Source of the DNA: a virus
Lineage: Duplodnaviria > Heunggongvirae > Uroviricota > Caudoviricetes
Direction: 5' to 3' (one strand)
DNA: 26,813 bases
Virus record (IMG/VR): IMGVR_UViG_2537561933_000012
This document shows positions 1-8,953 of this stretch, piece by piece. Numbering within the stretch: the first letter of the stretch is position 1; the number at the start of each line of letters is the position of its first letter. The notes under the pieces were generated by a model. The model had not been told where the DNA came from and searched no databases. It worked only from the letters and a program-made list of their open reading frames with translations. The translations under genes and the position numbers were made by a program.

Positions 1-267
1 TTACTCTGCAGGTGAAGTCGGCCACTCAATATCAGGTGCGGTTGATGTATCAACACGGTTCAGCAACACCCGATACTTCTTCCAGGCTTCCAGCAACGAG
101 TTTTCTTCCTCCGTTGCGATCTCCAGATCTACAGCATCCTGAAGTGGCGCAATATGCTCACTGAATTCCTGGATGTAGAACTGTGTGGTGACGGTCTTCC
201 AGCCATTCGGCTCCTGCTGTATCGAAGCATACCAGGCTATTTCAATATCGCTATGCTGCGGCAGCAT
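1..267 (-). pseudogene. Tail fibre assembly protein (Tfa), C-terminal fragment, 88 aa ORF
   Basis: Translation ends ...[32 protein letters not shown], matching the recalled C-terminus of lambda Tfa; far too short for a full Tfa (~190 aa). Confidence 0.6.
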
Positions 268-323
268 TTAACCCCTTGTAATTCATCGCCACAATTGATT
301 TAATTCACAAATAAAACTATAAC

Positions 324-992
324 ATGGTGAAATTAATGAAAAAAAACACAGATGATGGGGCTAAAATTTACACACCACTTACCCTAAAGCTTTATGACTG
401 GTGGGTTTTGGGAGTATCAAATCGGCTTGCATGGGGATGTCCTACAAAGGAACACCTTCTTCCACACTTTCTGGAACATTTAGGTAACAACCATCTGGAT
501 ATTGGTGTTGGAACTGGGTTTTACCTTACTCACGTACCTGAGAGTAGTCTGATATCTTTAATGGATTTGAACGAAGCTAGCCTGAACGCGGCATCGACAA
601 GGGCTGGGGAATCAAAAATTAAACATAAAATTAGCCATGATGTTTTTGAACCTTATCCCGCGGCATTACATGGTCAATTTGATTCCATTTCCATGTTTTA
701 CCTTCTTCACTGCCTGCCTGGAAATATATCTACAAAAAGCTGTGTAATACGCAATGCGGCGCAGGCCTTAACTGACGATGGAACTCTATACGGAGCCACA
801 ATTCTTGGTGACGGCGTTGTGCACAATAGCTTCGGTCAAAAACTGATGCGCATTTACAATCAAAAAGGCATCTTTTCAAACACAAAAGATTCCGAAGAAG
901 GCTTAACACATATACTCTCAGAGCATTTCGAGAATGTTAAAACCAAGATTAAAGGTACTGTAGTAATGTTTTCCGCTTCAGGGAAAAAATAG
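324..992 (+). CDS. Class I SAM-dependent methyltransferase (prophage YbcY/YmfD-like), 222 aa
   Basis: Glycine-rich motif I LDIGVGTGFYL; located between two tfa fragments as in the DLP12 tfaD-ybcY-tfaX arrangement (recalled). Confidence 0.7.
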   Translation: MVKLMKKNTDDGAKIYTPLTLKLYDWWVLGVSNRLAWGCPTKEHLLPHFLEHLGNNHLDIGVGTGFYLTHVPESSLISLMDLNEASLNAASTRAGESKIKHKISHDVFEPYPAALHGQFDSISMFYLLHCLPGNISTKSCVIRNAAQALTDDGTLYGATILGDGVVHNSFGQKLMRIYNQKGIFSNTKDSEEGLTHILSEHFENVKTKIKGTVVMFSASGKK

Positions 993-1046
993 CATCCAGC
1001 CGCAGCACGTTCTTGCGCACGACGTGCTGCGGCATAATCTCAATGA

Positions 1047-1172
1047 TTACTCCCTGACAGGGTTCGTAGGCCACTCAATATCAGGTGCAGTTGATGTACC
1101 AACACGGTTCAGCAACCCCCTGCATGCCTTCCATGCCGCCAGCAATGATGTTTCCTCCTTCGTTGCATATAC
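1047..1172 (-). pseudogene. Second Tfa C-terminal remnant (decayed, no start codon), direct repeat of the 3' end of the 1..267 fragment
   Basis: Minus-strand frame reads ...[39 protein letters not shown]-stop, interrupted upstream by stops; about 55 nt near-identical to positions ~30-90. Confidence 0.5.
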
Positions 1173-1439
1173 TGCTCACCTTTTTCACCCACGATTAACC
1201 AACAGCCAGATTCGCAGGCACGCCCCACCACGGCATATTCATACGCTTGCCATGTCCGAACATTTCAATCCAGCGATATTATGCCTGGGGTGTTCAAGCG
1301 CAATGAAGTACGTATTGTATCTTCGCGATTTTTTATAGGCTAATTGACGCGCAATTCTGAGCGGGGAGCGCACAATCAAACAGCACAGAATGGATCGCTG
1401 ATATTTATCCTTTTGTCGGTTTATCAAACAACAAGAGAG

Positions 1440-2654
1440 TCAATAGCGGATTGTCCCTACATCCATTTCTGGCGAATCCACTAACCAGAAATTATCTGGC
1501 TTTACAGCCAGAATGATCCAGGCAGTGTTTGTTGTTGATGACCAGGAAGGCAGCACATCGTATGCCGGGTCATCGCAAGAATCACGATAACCGTACTCAT
1601 TAAAAAGTGGAGCCATTGCTGCCACAAGATTCACCGCATTCAGCTCATTACCCAGCTTGCGCTCAAAAAGTGCCACCCCTGCCGTTCCTTCCACCCACAC
1701 GCCACGGCTGTGACCACTATAACCATAATCAGGGTGGTACGGTGTGTAACCCGTGGTTTCCCTCGTACCAAATAAAAAACGCCCCATATATTTTCGGCAC
1801 TTAGCCGCTTTCTCAGCATCAATATTGGCAACAAACAATCCGCCCCAGGAAGACTGATCCAGCGCCGCTGCGTTGTCATAGTGGGTTGAATGAACCCCCT
1901 GTCGAAATCGGCCTTCATCTTCCACCCACAGACCTCTGATGATGCTCTTTGCCAGCCTGTCAGCCCGCTCACTGAAACCGTCAAATCCCAGCCGTCCCAT
2001 CAGTTCAAACAAAAACCAGATATCAACGTTATGCTCCAGTGCGCACCATTCGGCGACAAAAGTTTCATCAAAATTGCCGTCCACATAACGCCCCTGCCCC
2101 CCTTTATACAGGCCTTCACGCAGGTCGCCTGGTGTGCTCACCAGAAAAGTATCCAGCCAGGCAATGCCTGCCAATAGCTTTTCTCTGACCCGCGCAGTCT
2201 GAGTACCGTCCGGATACTTCTCCAGATAGAAAGCAAGAGCATAATAAACCCATGCCGCATTGCCCAAGCGGTAATAGGTACGCGGTGACATGGCAGACAG
2301 CCTGTTAACAAAAAACTTTACTCCACCGTTTTCATCAACAAGCGCACACAAGCCCGCAACGTATCTTTCTACAGCCTCATGTCGCTGAACCATCAACGCC
2401 AGTGCTGCCAGCGCCTGGTCATACGTGTAACACCGATCTTTCATCCCCCTGATCACTTCGGGGTCTGCGTCCTCCGGCATCCAGTAGCTACGAATGAGCA
2501 GTGGAAACTCCAGCGTTGTGATCCACGCATTATCCTCAATCCGAATAAGACGAAACTGTTTTGCTCCCGTCCAGCAACGTCTGAAATAGAAAGTTCCGTC
2601 ACTATTCAAATTAGCGTCGCCGTTAAAATACTCTCCGGTTGTATAAGCATACAT
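1440..2654 (-). CDS. Hypothetical 404 aa protein at the deletion junction after the truncated portal; possibly a tail-fibre-associated or hydrolase-like cargo protein
   Basis: Long ORF with protein-like composition, directly upstream of the tfa remnant; no motif recognised with confidence. Confidence 0.5.
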   Translation of the reverse strand: MYAYTTGEYFNGDANLNSDGTFYFRRCWTGAKQFRLIRIEDNAWITTLEFPLLIRSYWMPEDADPEVIRGMKDRCYTYDQALAALALMVQRHEAVERYVAGLCALVDENGGVKFFVNRLSAMSPRTYYRLGNAAWVYYALAFYLEKYPDGTQTARVREKLLAGIAWLDTFLVSTPGDLREGLYKGGQGRYVDGNFDETFVAEWCALEHNVDIWFLFELMGRLGFDGFSERADRLAKSIIRGLWVEDEGRFRQGVHSTHYDNAAALDQSSWGGLFVANIDAEKAAKCRKYMGRFLFGTRETTGYTPYHPDYGYSGHSRGVWVEGTAGVALFERKLGNELNAVNLVAAMAPLFNEYGYRDSCDDPAYDVLPSWSSTTNTAWIILAVKPDNFWLVDSPEMDVGTIRY

Positions 2655-3235
2655 ATCGACTTTATACTTTTCAGGTTCAGCCTGTTGCTCTCATCACTGG
2701 TCATGGGAATAAAGTCCGGCTCGAGCGCCTCCAGCCAGAAATGAACACCGGCAGAAGGCGTCAGGCTGTTTATGCGCCCGGAAACCATCTGGGCAAACAC
2801 CTCACCATCGCGCAGCCAGGTACGCAGCATCAGACGTTCCAGCATCGGACGGGTAAACTGCCCGGTGACCTCCGGACTGACAGACCATTCACTCCATCGG
2901 GTGCGTATCTCCGCTGCCAGATCACGGGCAATGGCCCCATTGCGTAATACCGGATGTGGCTCGACAATAATCCCGTTTTTCCCCACCCCCCGTTCTTCCA
3001 GCTTGTCAAATACACCAATGACCAGATCGTGGTTGTTATCAAGGTAACGGGCCTGCTCACGTAACGACACGGCCCCGTACTGGCTTAACTGATCGGCAGT
3101 TCGGTTCTCCCGTCGGGCTTTGTGTGTCCGCGTCGTTTTTACGGCCTCATAAGCCTGGATCACCGCACGGGAACGCAGCCTTGCCGCTTTCCATCCTGGT
3201 GAAAAAACGCCAATCACATCATCAAGAATTGCCAT
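2606..3235 (-). pseudogene. Portal protein, N-terminal fragment (truncated near ~2700)
   Basis: Position immediately after gpW-like gene with ATGA stop/start overlap at 3233-3237 (lambda order A-W-B); ORF frame ends after ~210 codons while the full-length 404 aa ORF starts in another frame. Confidence 0.45.
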
Positions 3236-3447
3236 CAGAACCTCGCCAGCCGGTACCCGGGATGCCCCCGTCGTCGTGTAATCAGAGCCGCAAGGCGGCG
3301 CTCCCACTCCTGCCGCCCCTGCCGGATCTCAGATAAGTTTTCCATGGTCATCTGCTGACCATTAAAAGTGACGGATTTTCCGTCCAGCACCGCCATTTCA
3401 GCTTCCGTATAACGCTGAATCATGGCTTCGATATCATTCTGGTTCAT
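3235..3447 (-). CDS. Head-tail joining protein gpW-like
   Basis: About 70 aa, C-terminal RRRGHPGY resembling lambda W RRRGPAGF; GGAGG Shine-Dalgarno 7 nt upstream of ATG at 3447; ATGA overlap with terminase stop. Confidence 0.6.
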   Translation of the reverse strand: MNQNDIEAMIQRYTEAEMAVLDGKSVTFNGQQMTMENLSEIRQGRQEWERRLAALITRRRGHPGYRLARF

Positions 3448-5546
3448 AACCATCCTCCAGAAGTCAGCCAGGGGTTAACATCGTCAGTTACTGTTTTCTT
3501 CCGTTTTTGTTTTTTAACAGGCGTGGATACCGGTTCCGGTGAGGATGACGGTTCGGTACTGTCCTGGACACACTCCAGCCAGGTTTCCCGGCTCGCCCAC
3601 TCCGGTGCATCCGGCCAGCGGATCTTTTCGTATCCATGCAGAATGACCAGAGCCTCGGCATACACCATCAGGTCAAAAGCTTCGTTGGCACCGCGACCCG
3701 GCTTACTCCATTTCCCGTCACTGCTCCGCTCTTCATACGTCAGTTCGTCGTAAAACCAGCTCCCCAGCCAGTCAGGGAAATGCACATAGCCTGGACCTGG
3801 CGAGTCACGCCATAACGCGTTATTCACCCGGTCTTTCAGGGCATCCGTCTGAAGAAGCCAGAGCGGCACATCACCTGCGGCCTGCGCCCGGCGGCCCGTT
3901 CGTCCGGTGTTATCAGGGAATGTACGGCTGATCAGTTTTGCGCGCCGGATGCTGTCCCCCTTAAACAGGTAAATACGTTTACCAAGGCCATCACGACGGC
4001 AACGACGCCAGAATTTATAGGCATTATCAGTGACCCCGTCTTCACCGCCGGAGTCCACCGCCATTGCCATCAGTCGCATTTGTTGAGAAGGATCGGAGGC
4101 CAGCGGCCAGCTTTTATGAAAAACATCCGTCAGCAGGACATCCCAGTCTTCCGGATAGCTGGCCGGATCAATTCGCTGGCTCTCCCCGTCGCTGTCACCG
4201 CGCAATGACTGCGTGATGTTGTAACGATCAATAATCCAGCGTTCGCCACGGCTGCCATAGCCCGTTACCTGAACCACAAAACGGCGATGACGTCCCGCCT
4301 GCACATCCACTGTCGCCACAAGGAAATTAACGCCATCCGGCACACTGCGGGAAGGAACTGGCTCTGCCCGCTGCTCAAGCAGTTCACTTTTTCGTTGCTC
4401 CATGCTGGCGCGGGGAAGATAAGGTAATCCCCAGTCGGTATTGATAACCGTCTTGAGTGTTTCTTCACTTCCGGTTGTCTCGTATTCCTGTTCTGCAGTA
4501 AGCAGTTTGTAAACGAGTTGCGAGAGTGTCTGGTAAGCAGCTGCCGGACCCTCCATCCAGAATGACGCAATACGTGAGCGTCGGGGATCACCATAACGAC
4601 TGCCATCCGCATTGATGGATTCACCATCCCGCAACCAGACCCCACGTCCGTTCAGCTCACGTTTTTGTTCAGGCATAATCCGTCCTGAACAGGAAGGACA
4701 CTGAATATAAGCCGCCTCACTTGCCAGCACGGGATCGGCAATATCACGGAAACCAGCAACCACATCGCCGCAGGGCTGAAAATACTCACCACAGTGTGGA
4801 CAAGGCCAGTACCAGCGACGGCGATCGCCACGGTTATAGAGCGACAGTATCCCCGTGGTTGGTGGAGCCTCATGCGGTGAAGTCCGTCGCCATTTCACAT
4901 CCTTCACATCCCTGCCGGGGGAACTCTCCACAAGCGTCATACCACTGGACATAAATGTTGTGGTACGTTTTGAGGCAAGAGAGAAAGCATCCCCCTCGCC
5001 ATCAATATCTTCCGGAAAACGGTCATAATCCGTCAGCGCGACGCATTTATAATCTGATGAGGACATGATATTGACTGACGGCCAGCCGATTTTCAGGTAG
5101 TTACCAGCAAGGAATGTTCTGTCATAAACGTTGTTGTCATTTTTGTTCGGACTCAGGCGACTGACCACTTCCGGGCTGACGCGAAACGTTCTGGCGAGTC
5201 GTTTTTTGGAGTGTTCGCGGGCTTTTTCCTCCGTCATCTGTATGATCAGCATATCAGCAGGATCGCAAATCACGTTGTAAATCCCCCAGCCGTCAATCAG
5301 GCCGATAGTCTTACCAGTTCGTGCCGGGCCAACAAATATCACTGCGTCGTATTCACGCGAGGCCAGGCAGTTCATCGGCTCAATAACATACGGTGCCACC
5401 AGCGGATCCCACGGGACTGAATTCCCGGCCCCCATGGGCACCCGCATATACTGAGCAACGGCATCAGCAACCCGCATTCGTCTCGGTGCGCGAAGGATAT
5501 AACCTGAATCGGTTCGTGCTGCCTTTGCGGTTTCCTGATTCAGCAT
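3444..5546 (-). CDS. Terminase large subunit, lambda gpA family, 700 aa
   Basis: Long ORF with CPHCGEYF zinc-finger-like motif as in lambda gpA (CPHCGEEQ); start overlaps small-subunit stop (TAATG). Confidence 0.9.
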   Translation of the reverse strand: MLNQETAKAARTDSGYILRAPRRMRVADAVAQYMRVPMGAGNSVPWDPLVAPYVIEPMNCLASREYDAVIFVGPARTGKTIGLIDGWGIYNVICDPADMLIIQMTEEKAREHSKKRLARTFRVSPEVVSRLSPNKNDNNVYDRTFLAGNYLKIGWPSVNIMSSSDYKCVALTDYDRFPEDIDGEGDAFSLASKRTTTFMSSGMTLVESSPGRDVKDVKWRRTSPHEAPPTTGILSLYNRGDRRRWYWPCPHCGEYFQPCGDVVAGFRDIADPVLASEAAYIQCPSCSGRIMPEQKRELNGRGVWLRDGESINADGSRYGDPRRSRIASFWMEGPAAAYQTLSQLVYKLLTAEQEYETTGSEETLKTVINTDWGLPYLPRASMEQRKSELLEQRAEPVPSRSVPDGVNFLVATVDVQAGRHRRFVVQVTGYGSRGERWIIDRYNITQSLRGDSDGESQRIDPASYPEDWDVLLTDVFHKSWPLASDPSQQMRLMAMAVDSGGEDGVTDNAYKFWRRCRRDGLGKRIYLFKGDSIRRAKLISRTFPDNTGRTGRRAQAAGDVPLWLLQTDALKDRVNNALWRDSPGPGYVHFPDWLGSWFYDELTYEERSSDGKWSKPGRGANEAFDLMVYAEALVILHGYEKIRWPDAPEWASRETWLECVQDSTEPSSSPEPVSTPVKKQKRKKTVTDDVNPWLTSGGWL

Positions 5547-6039
5547 TACTCCTCCCGCTGTAATTCCTCCTCATCATCCGCACCTGCTTCGGTCACCCGC
5601 AGGGCTATCTGATCGCGCAGATCATCAATAATGGACTGAACACGGCTCACAGCGGCAGGCTGCAGACCGCAGTCACGTTCAAGAATATCCGGTAATGTCT
5701 CCAGCCCTGCACGACCGCTTTTGCCCAGATGGCAAACTCTCGTCTGACATCACTGGCCGGAATGAGTTGTGCCGTTTCCTGTTCGAACTTAAGACGCTCA
5801 CGTTCAGACTGATACCAGGCTTTGCGCTCATGCGCGTCCATTTCGCCTTCTGCAACCGGCGGTGGTAATGCCAGAAATGCCGACACAATATCAACCACCC
5901 GATAAAGCTTGAGGTTGCTTTCATGCCCCCCTGCAACGGGTAGATTTTGCAGCCTTGCCGCAGCAGTCTGGCGATGTACACCTGACAGTGCCGCCAGTTG
6001 ACTGATATTCAGCGTCAGATTTTTTAACTCTCGATCCAT
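5546..6039 (-). pseudogene. Terminase small subunit (lambda Nu1-like), disrupted by a -1 frameshift near 5700-5712
   Basis: N-terminal 100 aa in the frame starting at 6039 (HTH-like LNISQLAALSGVHRQTAAARL); C-terminal ~60 aa (GLETLPDILERD...ADDEEELQREE) in another frame ending at the TAA that overlaps the large-subunit ATG. Confidence 0.6.
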
Positions 6040-6159
6040 ACCCGCTCCAGAATGTTTTAAACATGCATCTTGCGAACAACTTTAGGCAAACGGTGTTAGT
6101 GATGAACAAAAAACAATCAAAATCGACACCGCAAAAATAAAATCACTGTAATATCAATA

Positions 6160-6230
6160 CATTACAGTAGTGGTGATGACGAATGAAATTTCAAAAACTA
6201 GCCTTTTTCCGCGACGCTCCCGCCCCGTGG
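6160..6230 (-). other. cos site (cosN/cosB region) of lambda type
   Basis: Minus strand reads GGGGCGGGAGCGTCGCGG...GCTAGTTTTTGAAATTTCATTCGTCATCAC, resembling the recalled lambda left end GGGCGGCGACCTCGCGGG...TTCGTCATAAC; sits ~170 bp upstream of the terminase small subunit. Confidence 0.5.
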
Positions 6231-6488
6231 CAGGCCCCCCCACCGGAAGGACCCGCCAAAATGAGAGTGATTATCACCATTGCTGATGAATAAATTGATG
6301 AAAATCATTGAAACGCCTTTCAGCAAGATAACGGCGACGGTCGTTGTTGAACTCCGTAACTCTGCTACTAAGGTTAAAAGCATGGCCATCTTTTGCCACC
6401 GGCAAATCTTCAATGGATTTCCCCTGCCGGTTTTTTATTCCTCACATTATCGCAGCCCCTCAGTGAAGGGCTGCTGTAATGCCTGCTG

Positions 6489-6854
6489 TTACTCAGTAAC
6501 GACCGCGCCTTCCGGTAATTTCATACCGGCAAATACCGGCAGCCCGGGGATCGTTATCTGCAGCTGGTTAGCCAGGGAGTTAATCTCAGCGACCAACACT
6601 GGCTTCGTATAGCGCCATGCCGCCAGCCCTTGTCCACAGAAGCTCGCCATATCTTTTTTCTGATCAAACTCATGACACTTCATATTGAGCTGCGCACTTA
6701 AGCTGTTGCGATGCTGAAGTTCTCCGGTGAAGTAGTCATCCAGGACTTTATAGGCTGCATATTTAAATCCGGGGTTTAGCCATGCTGCATAATCATAAGC
6801 AACAAACTTCCCGCCATATGTTCCACCGTGTACACCGCGCTCAGTAAAAACCAC
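6489..6854 (-). CDS. Hypothetical phage protein between Rz and cos (position of ybcV/ydfO-type genes), 121 aa from a GTG start
   Basis: ORF with protein-like composition; family not recognised. Confidence 0.4.
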   Translation of the reverse strand: MVFTERGVHGGTYGGKFVAYDYAAWLNPGFKYAAYKVLDDYFTGELQHRNSLSAQLNMKCHEFDQKKDMASFCGQGLAAWRYTKPVLVAEINSLANQLQITIPGLPVFAGMKLPEGAVVTE

Positions 6855-6875
6855 AGATTCGTGTTTTTTCTCCAG

Positions 6876-7343
6876 CTACTTAATGCGCTGGGTGCGGATA
6901 TATTCCTGCGCCCCTTCCAGTTGCTTCTGCATCGTCATCAACCGTTCTCTGAGGGTGAAATAATCCCGTTCAGCGGTGTCTGCCAGTCGGGGGCTGGTTG
7001 CATTATCCATGCTGGTGGGTCCGGTGGCTTCACGCACGGCTGCGGAGCAACTGGCATTGACCCGCAGGCGCTTACGACCAGCGGCAACATCAGCGCGCAG
7101 AGTTTCATTTTCAGTTTTCGCATCGGCTAACTCCTTCGTGTATTTTGCATCGATCGCAGCAACATCACGCTGACGCTGCTGCATGTCAGCGATGGTGGCG
7201 GTCGCCTGCTTCAGCTCACTGACTTTTTTATCACGCTGTTCTTTGTAGGCGATGGCGTTATCACGGTAATGATTCAGCCCCAGACTAAGCACAACACAGG
7301 CCACCAGCAGCATAGCAATCACTACATACAGAACACGGTTCAT
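6876..7343 (-). CDS. i-spanin Rz
   Basis: Starts MNRVLYVVIAMLLVAC... with N-terminal TM segment; ...RLADTAERDYFTLRERL... as in lambda Rz; the track ORF begins at an upstream GTG, ATG at 7343 preferred. Confidence 0.85.
   Translation of the reverse strand: MNRVLYVVIAMLLVACVVLSLGLNHYRDNAIAYKEQRDKKVSELKQATATIADMQQRQRDVAAIDAKYTKELADAKTENETLRADVAAGRKRLRVNASCSAAVREATGPTSMDNATSPRLADTAERDYFTLRERLMTMQKQLEGAQEYIRTQRIK
6938..7123 (-). CDS. o-spanin Rz1 (lipoprotein), embedded in Rz in the +1 frame
   Basis: MRKLKMKLCALMLPLVVSAC lipobox, proline-rich PPDPPAWIMQP; fully nested within Rz. Confidence 0.85.
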   Translation of the reverse strand: MRKLKMKLCALMLPLVVSACGSMPVAPQPCVKPPDPPAWIMQPAPDWQTPLNGIISPSENG

Positions 7344-7344
7344 A

Positions 7345-7518
7345 TCACCACCAACGGATTGCCCAGACCAGAACAGCGACCGCCACAAGGCGAATTGCAA
7401 AGGCCGTTGCCCGAATAAAATCAGCACTCATCTGTTTAAATAAATTGTTGTGTATGCAACCAGTGCAGTACAAATAATCCATGCAACTGGCGTCAGTATA
7501 TGTCTGATGCCCCGGCAT
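7345..7518 (-). CDS. Small ORF, 57 aa, C-terminal hydrophobic segment
   Basis: MPGHQ...FIRATAFAIRLVAVAVLVWAIRWW, stop 2 nt before the Rz ATG; below the ORF-track size cutoff. Confidence 0.25.
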   Translation of the reverse strand: MPGHQTYTDASCMDYLYCTGCIHNNLFKQMSADFIRATAFAIRLVAVAVLVWAIRWW

Positions 7519-7611
7519 ACCGCGATGATTTTTGCGGCATCGTCAGCACCCTGCGAAGTTGTTTCTGCTTTTATCATCAGTTGCCATGTCCCTCATGACA
7601 CCCATCACCAC

Positions 7612-7755
7612 TCACGATTTCAGAGCAACAATCAATTTTGCCAGCCCATACAGCATCGGAGACACGGCGATGCCAACCGCCACCCACTTAATGGCAAAAG
7701 CCACCGCCCGGATAAGGCAGAGATTCGCCGTATTTTCTGTCTTATCTACAAACAT
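7612..7755 (-). CDS. Small ORF, 47 aa, predicted TM peptide
   Basis: MFVDKTENTANLCLIRAVAFAIKWVAVGIAVSPMLYGLAKLIVALKS; hydrophobic core related to that of the 57 aa ORF. Confidence 0.25.
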   Translation of the reverse strand: MFVDKTENTANLCLIRAVAFAIKWVAVGIAVSPMLYGLAKLIVALKS

Positions 7756-7846
7756 ATGCTATCGCTGCAACCGCAAAACCAATTGCCCCGATCATTGCCG
7801 ATAATGCAAGAATAATTCCGGCAATATTTGCTGCTTTAGGTGTCAT
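7742..7846 (-). CDS. Small ORF, 34 aa, predicted TM peptide
   Basis: MTPKAANIAGIILALSAMIGAIGFAVAAIAYVCR; AGGGTG Shine-Dalgarno-like sequence 4 nt upstream of the ATG. Confidence 0.3.
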   Translation of the reverse strand: MTPKAANIAGIILALSAMIGAIGFAVAAIAYVCR

Positions 7847-7926
7847 ACTGCACCCTATACTCAGAAAGGTTTTATTGTTATCCTTTACCTGCATGAATTA
7901 TATCCATGTCTGATTTGTCAAAATGC

Positions 7927-7966
7927 AACCCCGGACTGTTCCCCCAGCCGGGGTTTTACTTTTATT
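7927..7966 (+). terminator. Rho-independent terminator-like hairpin, stronger on the plus strand
   Basis: AACCCCGG...CCGGGGTT stem followed by TTTTACTTTTATT; no plus-strand protein gene upstream. Confidence 0.35.
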
Positions 7967-8045
7967 CACTTACCTTTTGCCAGTTTGCAGGATTTCGTGT
8001 TATCCGCTCGCGGGAGCACACGCCATTTTTCAGCAAAATATTCTG

Positions 8046-8579
8046 CTAGCTGTCGATACCCCAGCACACCAGTGCCGCTTCCTGGTCACGGCGAATAACC
8101 TGTCCATAGCAGTTATTTGAACGTATGCGGCAATCGCGTCCACCATCTTTTATCCACCAGCGAATCGCCTCGCATGCACCCTTACGATCACCGGCATTCA
8201 GCCGCTTATAAAACGTCGACGGGAAACACTTACCGGGGCCAATGTTATAGGGACAAAATGACGCTATACCCGCTTTCTGGGGTTCGCTCAATGGCACTTT
8301 GATGTTTTTCTCCACCCATGCCAGCGCCTTATCACGCTCAATGGCGTTAACCTGGTCGCATTCTTCCTTCGACAGCTTCATTCCCGGTATGACGGGCTTA
8401 CCATCCACCATTGTGGCACCACGACAGATGGTCCATATACCGGAACCATCGCGGTATGCCGTAGTGTGGTTACCCTCTTTTTCATCCAGAAACTGGTCAA
8501 GTATTTGAGGAGCAGACGCGCCTGCAGCAATCAGCGCCAGAACAGCAGCTGACAGGCCGTATTTGATTTTTGCGCTCAT
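8046..8579 (-). CDS. SAR endolysin, T4-lysozyme-like (GH24), 177 aa
   Basis: N-terminal G/A-rich hydrophobic SAR-like segment GLSAAVLALIAAGASA; E...D...T catalytic spacing in EGNHTTAYRDGSGIWTICRG. Confidence 0.9.
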   Translation of the reverse strand: MSAKIKYGLSAAVLALIAAGASAPQILDQFLDEKEGNHTTAYRDGSGIWTICRGATMVDGKPVIPGMKLSKEECDQVNAIERDKALAWVEKNIKVPLSEPQKAGIASFCPYNIGPGKCFPSTFYKRLNAGDRKGACEAIRWWIKDGGRDCRIRSNNCYGQVIRRDQEAALVCWGIDS

Positions 8580-8634
8580 GGATATTTATCAGGATGCTAC
8601 CAATGAAAGATACTGGAAAGCCAACTGCAAAAAG

Positions 8635-8949
8635 CTAACAACCCGTAATCGAGTTATCAGAACTGTTAATTTTTATGGTATACCGCGCCTCTGAACAGGG
8701 GCGCGTTTCTGGCAACAGCTCGTCCCCTTCACATAACCCGGCAGCAACATCCAGGAAGACCTGTCTGATGCTCCTTCTGGCTGCTGCCTCATAAAACTCC
8801 AGCGCTGCACCTTCAACACGGTCCAGCGAGATGTCCAGGTCAAAAATTTCACCGTCAAAGCGTTTTTTGTCCCGTAACGCTAAAGTTACCGTAACTTTAT
8901 TCTCAAAATTGCGGATCCCTTTCACAATCAGTTCATAGTTTTGAGTCAT
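8635..8949 (-). CDS. Small phage protein between holin and endolysin (YdfR-like position), 104 aa
   Basis: ORF in the position ydfR occupies between essQ and rrrQ in Qin (recalled). Confidence 0.5.
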   Translation of the reverse strand: MTQNYELIVKGIRNFENKVTVTLALRDKKRFDGEIFDLDISLDRVEGAALEFYEAAARRSIRQVFLDVAAGLCEGDELLPETRPCSEARYTIKINSSDNSITGC

Positions 8950-8953
8950 TGAA

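Noticed and set aside
1024-1427. ORFs 1024..1338 (+) and 1239..1427 (-)
   Set aside because: They overlap the decayed tfa remnant; translations are not protein-like.
3523-5420. Plus-strand ORFs 3523..3753, 4721..4954 and 5211..5420, and minus-strand ORFs 4265..4645 and 4652..4873
   Set aside because: All lie inside the terminase large subunit gene (antisense or out of frame), with low-complexity, Arg/Ser/His-rich translations.
5679-5981. Minus-strand ORF of 100 aa in an alternative frame of the terminase small subunit region
   Set aside because: Non-protein-like translation; the real coding information is in the other two frames.
6198-6612. ORFs 6198..6413 (-) and 6280..6612 (+)
   Set aside because: They overlap the cos region and hairpins between Rz and terminase; composition is not protein-like and no ribosome binding sites are evident.
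7450-7815. Plus-strand ORFs of 121 and 90 aa in the endolysin-Rz spacer
   Set aside because: His/Cys/Gln-rich junk-like translations; the minus strand of the same DNA encodes the more plausible hydrophobic peptides.
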